A DNA stretch of 64,000 nucleotides from Mobula hypostoma (taxonomy: Eukaryota): NCBI RefSeq assembly GCF_963921235.1, contig NC_086108.1, positions 58,034,001 through 58,098,000 of the forward strand. The letters are read 5' to 3'. The notes beneath the pieces were generated by a model that saw only the letters and a program-made list of their open reading frames with translations, had not been told where the DNA came from and ran no database searches. Position 1 is the stretch's first letter. The number at the start of each line of letters is the position of its first letter. Positions 62,519 through 64,000 of the stretch are shown here, one piece after another. The position numbers were made by a program, and so were the translations under genes.

Positions 62519-63452
62519 AATTAAATTACTGAGGTAATGTTCATAGGTTCAATGTCCATTCAGAAACTTGATGGTGGAGGGGAAGAAGCACGTTGAGTGT
62601 GTGTCTTCAGATTCCTATAACTTCTTCTTGATGGTTGCAATGATAAAAGGCTAGGTGATGGGGGTCCTTAATGATGGATTCTGCCTTTTGGAGGCATCGC
62701 CTTTTGAAGGTGCCCTTGGTGCTGGGAAGGCTAGTGCCCATGATGAAGCTAACTGGGTTTACAATTTTCTACAGTTTTTTCCAATCTTGTGCAGTGGCCC
62801 CTCCACACCAGACAGTATGCAACCAGCTCTGCATGGTACATCTGTAAAAGTTAGCAAGTATCTTTGGTGATATACCAATTCTCCTCAAACTCCTAAAGGT
62901 ATACTGCTACTGTCATGCCTTCTTGGTAATTGTATCAATATGTTGGACCCAGGGTAGATCCTCAGAGATATTAATACCCAGGAACATGGAACTATTCACC
63001 CCTTCCTCAGCTGATCCCTTACTGAGGACTGTTGTGTGTTCCTTTGACTTACCCTTCCTGAAGTCCACACTCAGTTCATTGATCTTAAGTTGGGTGCATG
63101 GTTATAACTACAACACCACTTAACCAGCTGAAATAGCTCACTCCTGAAATTCTGTCATCAATAGTTCACTCTTGAAATTTTGTCATCAATAGTTGTGTTG
63201 TCAGTAAATTTATAGATGGTGTTTGTGCTGGGCTGAGTGACACAACCCTGGGTAAAGGGAGAGTAGAGCAGTGGGCTAAGCACACATCCTTGAGGTGCAC
63301 CAGTGCTGATTGTCAGTGAGGAGGAGATATTATTTCCAATCCATACAGACTGTGGTGTCCTGTTGAGGAAGTCAAAACTCCAGTTGCAGAGGAAGGTACA
63401 GAGGTCCAGGTTTTGGAGCTTGTTGATTAGAACAATTGTGTTCAACGCTGAG
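62365..63452 (-). mobile_element. Decayed Rex1/Babar-like LINE RT fragment
   Basis: ORF 63158-63514 [34 protein letters not shown]. Confidence 0.8.
62474..62517. repeat. (GT)n(AT)n microsatellite
   Basis: Direct reading. Confidence 0.95.
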
Positions 63453-64000
63453 CTGCAAGATTGAACAGATCTGTGAAAATTGCTGATAATTGTACATCCC
63501 ATTTTAGTTTGCATTTTATTGACAGGAATAGAAAATTATGCAGAGTATCGTGGATATTTGGTGCCCCTCCTGAAGTTGAATGCATTCCTGTGGTTAAGTG
63601 TGATTTGTATGAAAAAAATACATCAGTGGTCACCCCTGCAAATAAAACGCAACAAAGTAATTTCTGACTTCAAAAATATATACTACTTAATCCTTCTTTT
63701 ACAGATGAATATTATACAGACTTTGACTTAGTTTTAATATTTTTTATGTTTTACCATTTGTTGAATGTCTTACGATTACAACAAGAAGATAATATCATGA
63801 TCATAAGACATTCTGCAAATAGTACAACCTGGAAAATGTTCAGCATACGATGGATTTGAACAATGATGCTCATCCTTGTTGAAATCCTGTCACTAGATAT
63901 TACCAAACTGATATATTGGTGTAGATTCTTATGAGTGAAGCACTTCCAGGGAGTCAGTGGTGCACAGCCCTTCTCTCTGATTAACTAAACAAATGGAAAA

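Noticed and set aside
52524..64000. Next LRRC7 exon (expected to begin roughly SKALIPLQTE)
   Set aside because: Not found by eye. The acceptor-like site at ~63691-63704 (tccttcttttacag) is not followed by a matching peptide, so the exon probably lies beyond the window.

Overview
Eukaryotic (vertebrate) genomic DNA. The repeat families (CR1 and Rex1/Babar LINEs, V-SINE, Penelope-like elements) suggest a cartilaginous fish, which is an inference. The whole window lies inside one + strand gene. Five short GT-AG exons (16575-16719, 36273-36345, 41312-41441, 47918-48033, 52454-52523) splice in frame into 178 codons of the leucine-rich-repeat region of LRRC7/Densin-180, and none of them appears in the ORF track. 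The introns are packed with nested retroelements. The outstanding structure is a ~15.4 kb, extremely strand-asymmetric array (517-15891) of a near-invariant 38-bp core separated by variable G-run spacers. It superficially resembles a CRISPR array, but its flanks show it expanded inside the 3' UTR of a truncated Penelope-like element, directly beside that element's hammerhead ribozyme motif. The window also holds several further Penelope hammerhead cassettes (two folded into long hairpins with target-site duplications), a young Penelope RT/GIY-YIG ORF, a 16 x 19-bp E-box (CACGTG) minisatellite and a Harbinger-type non-autonomous transposon. The giant proline-rich ORFs are by-products of the array. 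All homology calls are from recognition, not database searches, and boundaries of decayed TEs are approximate.
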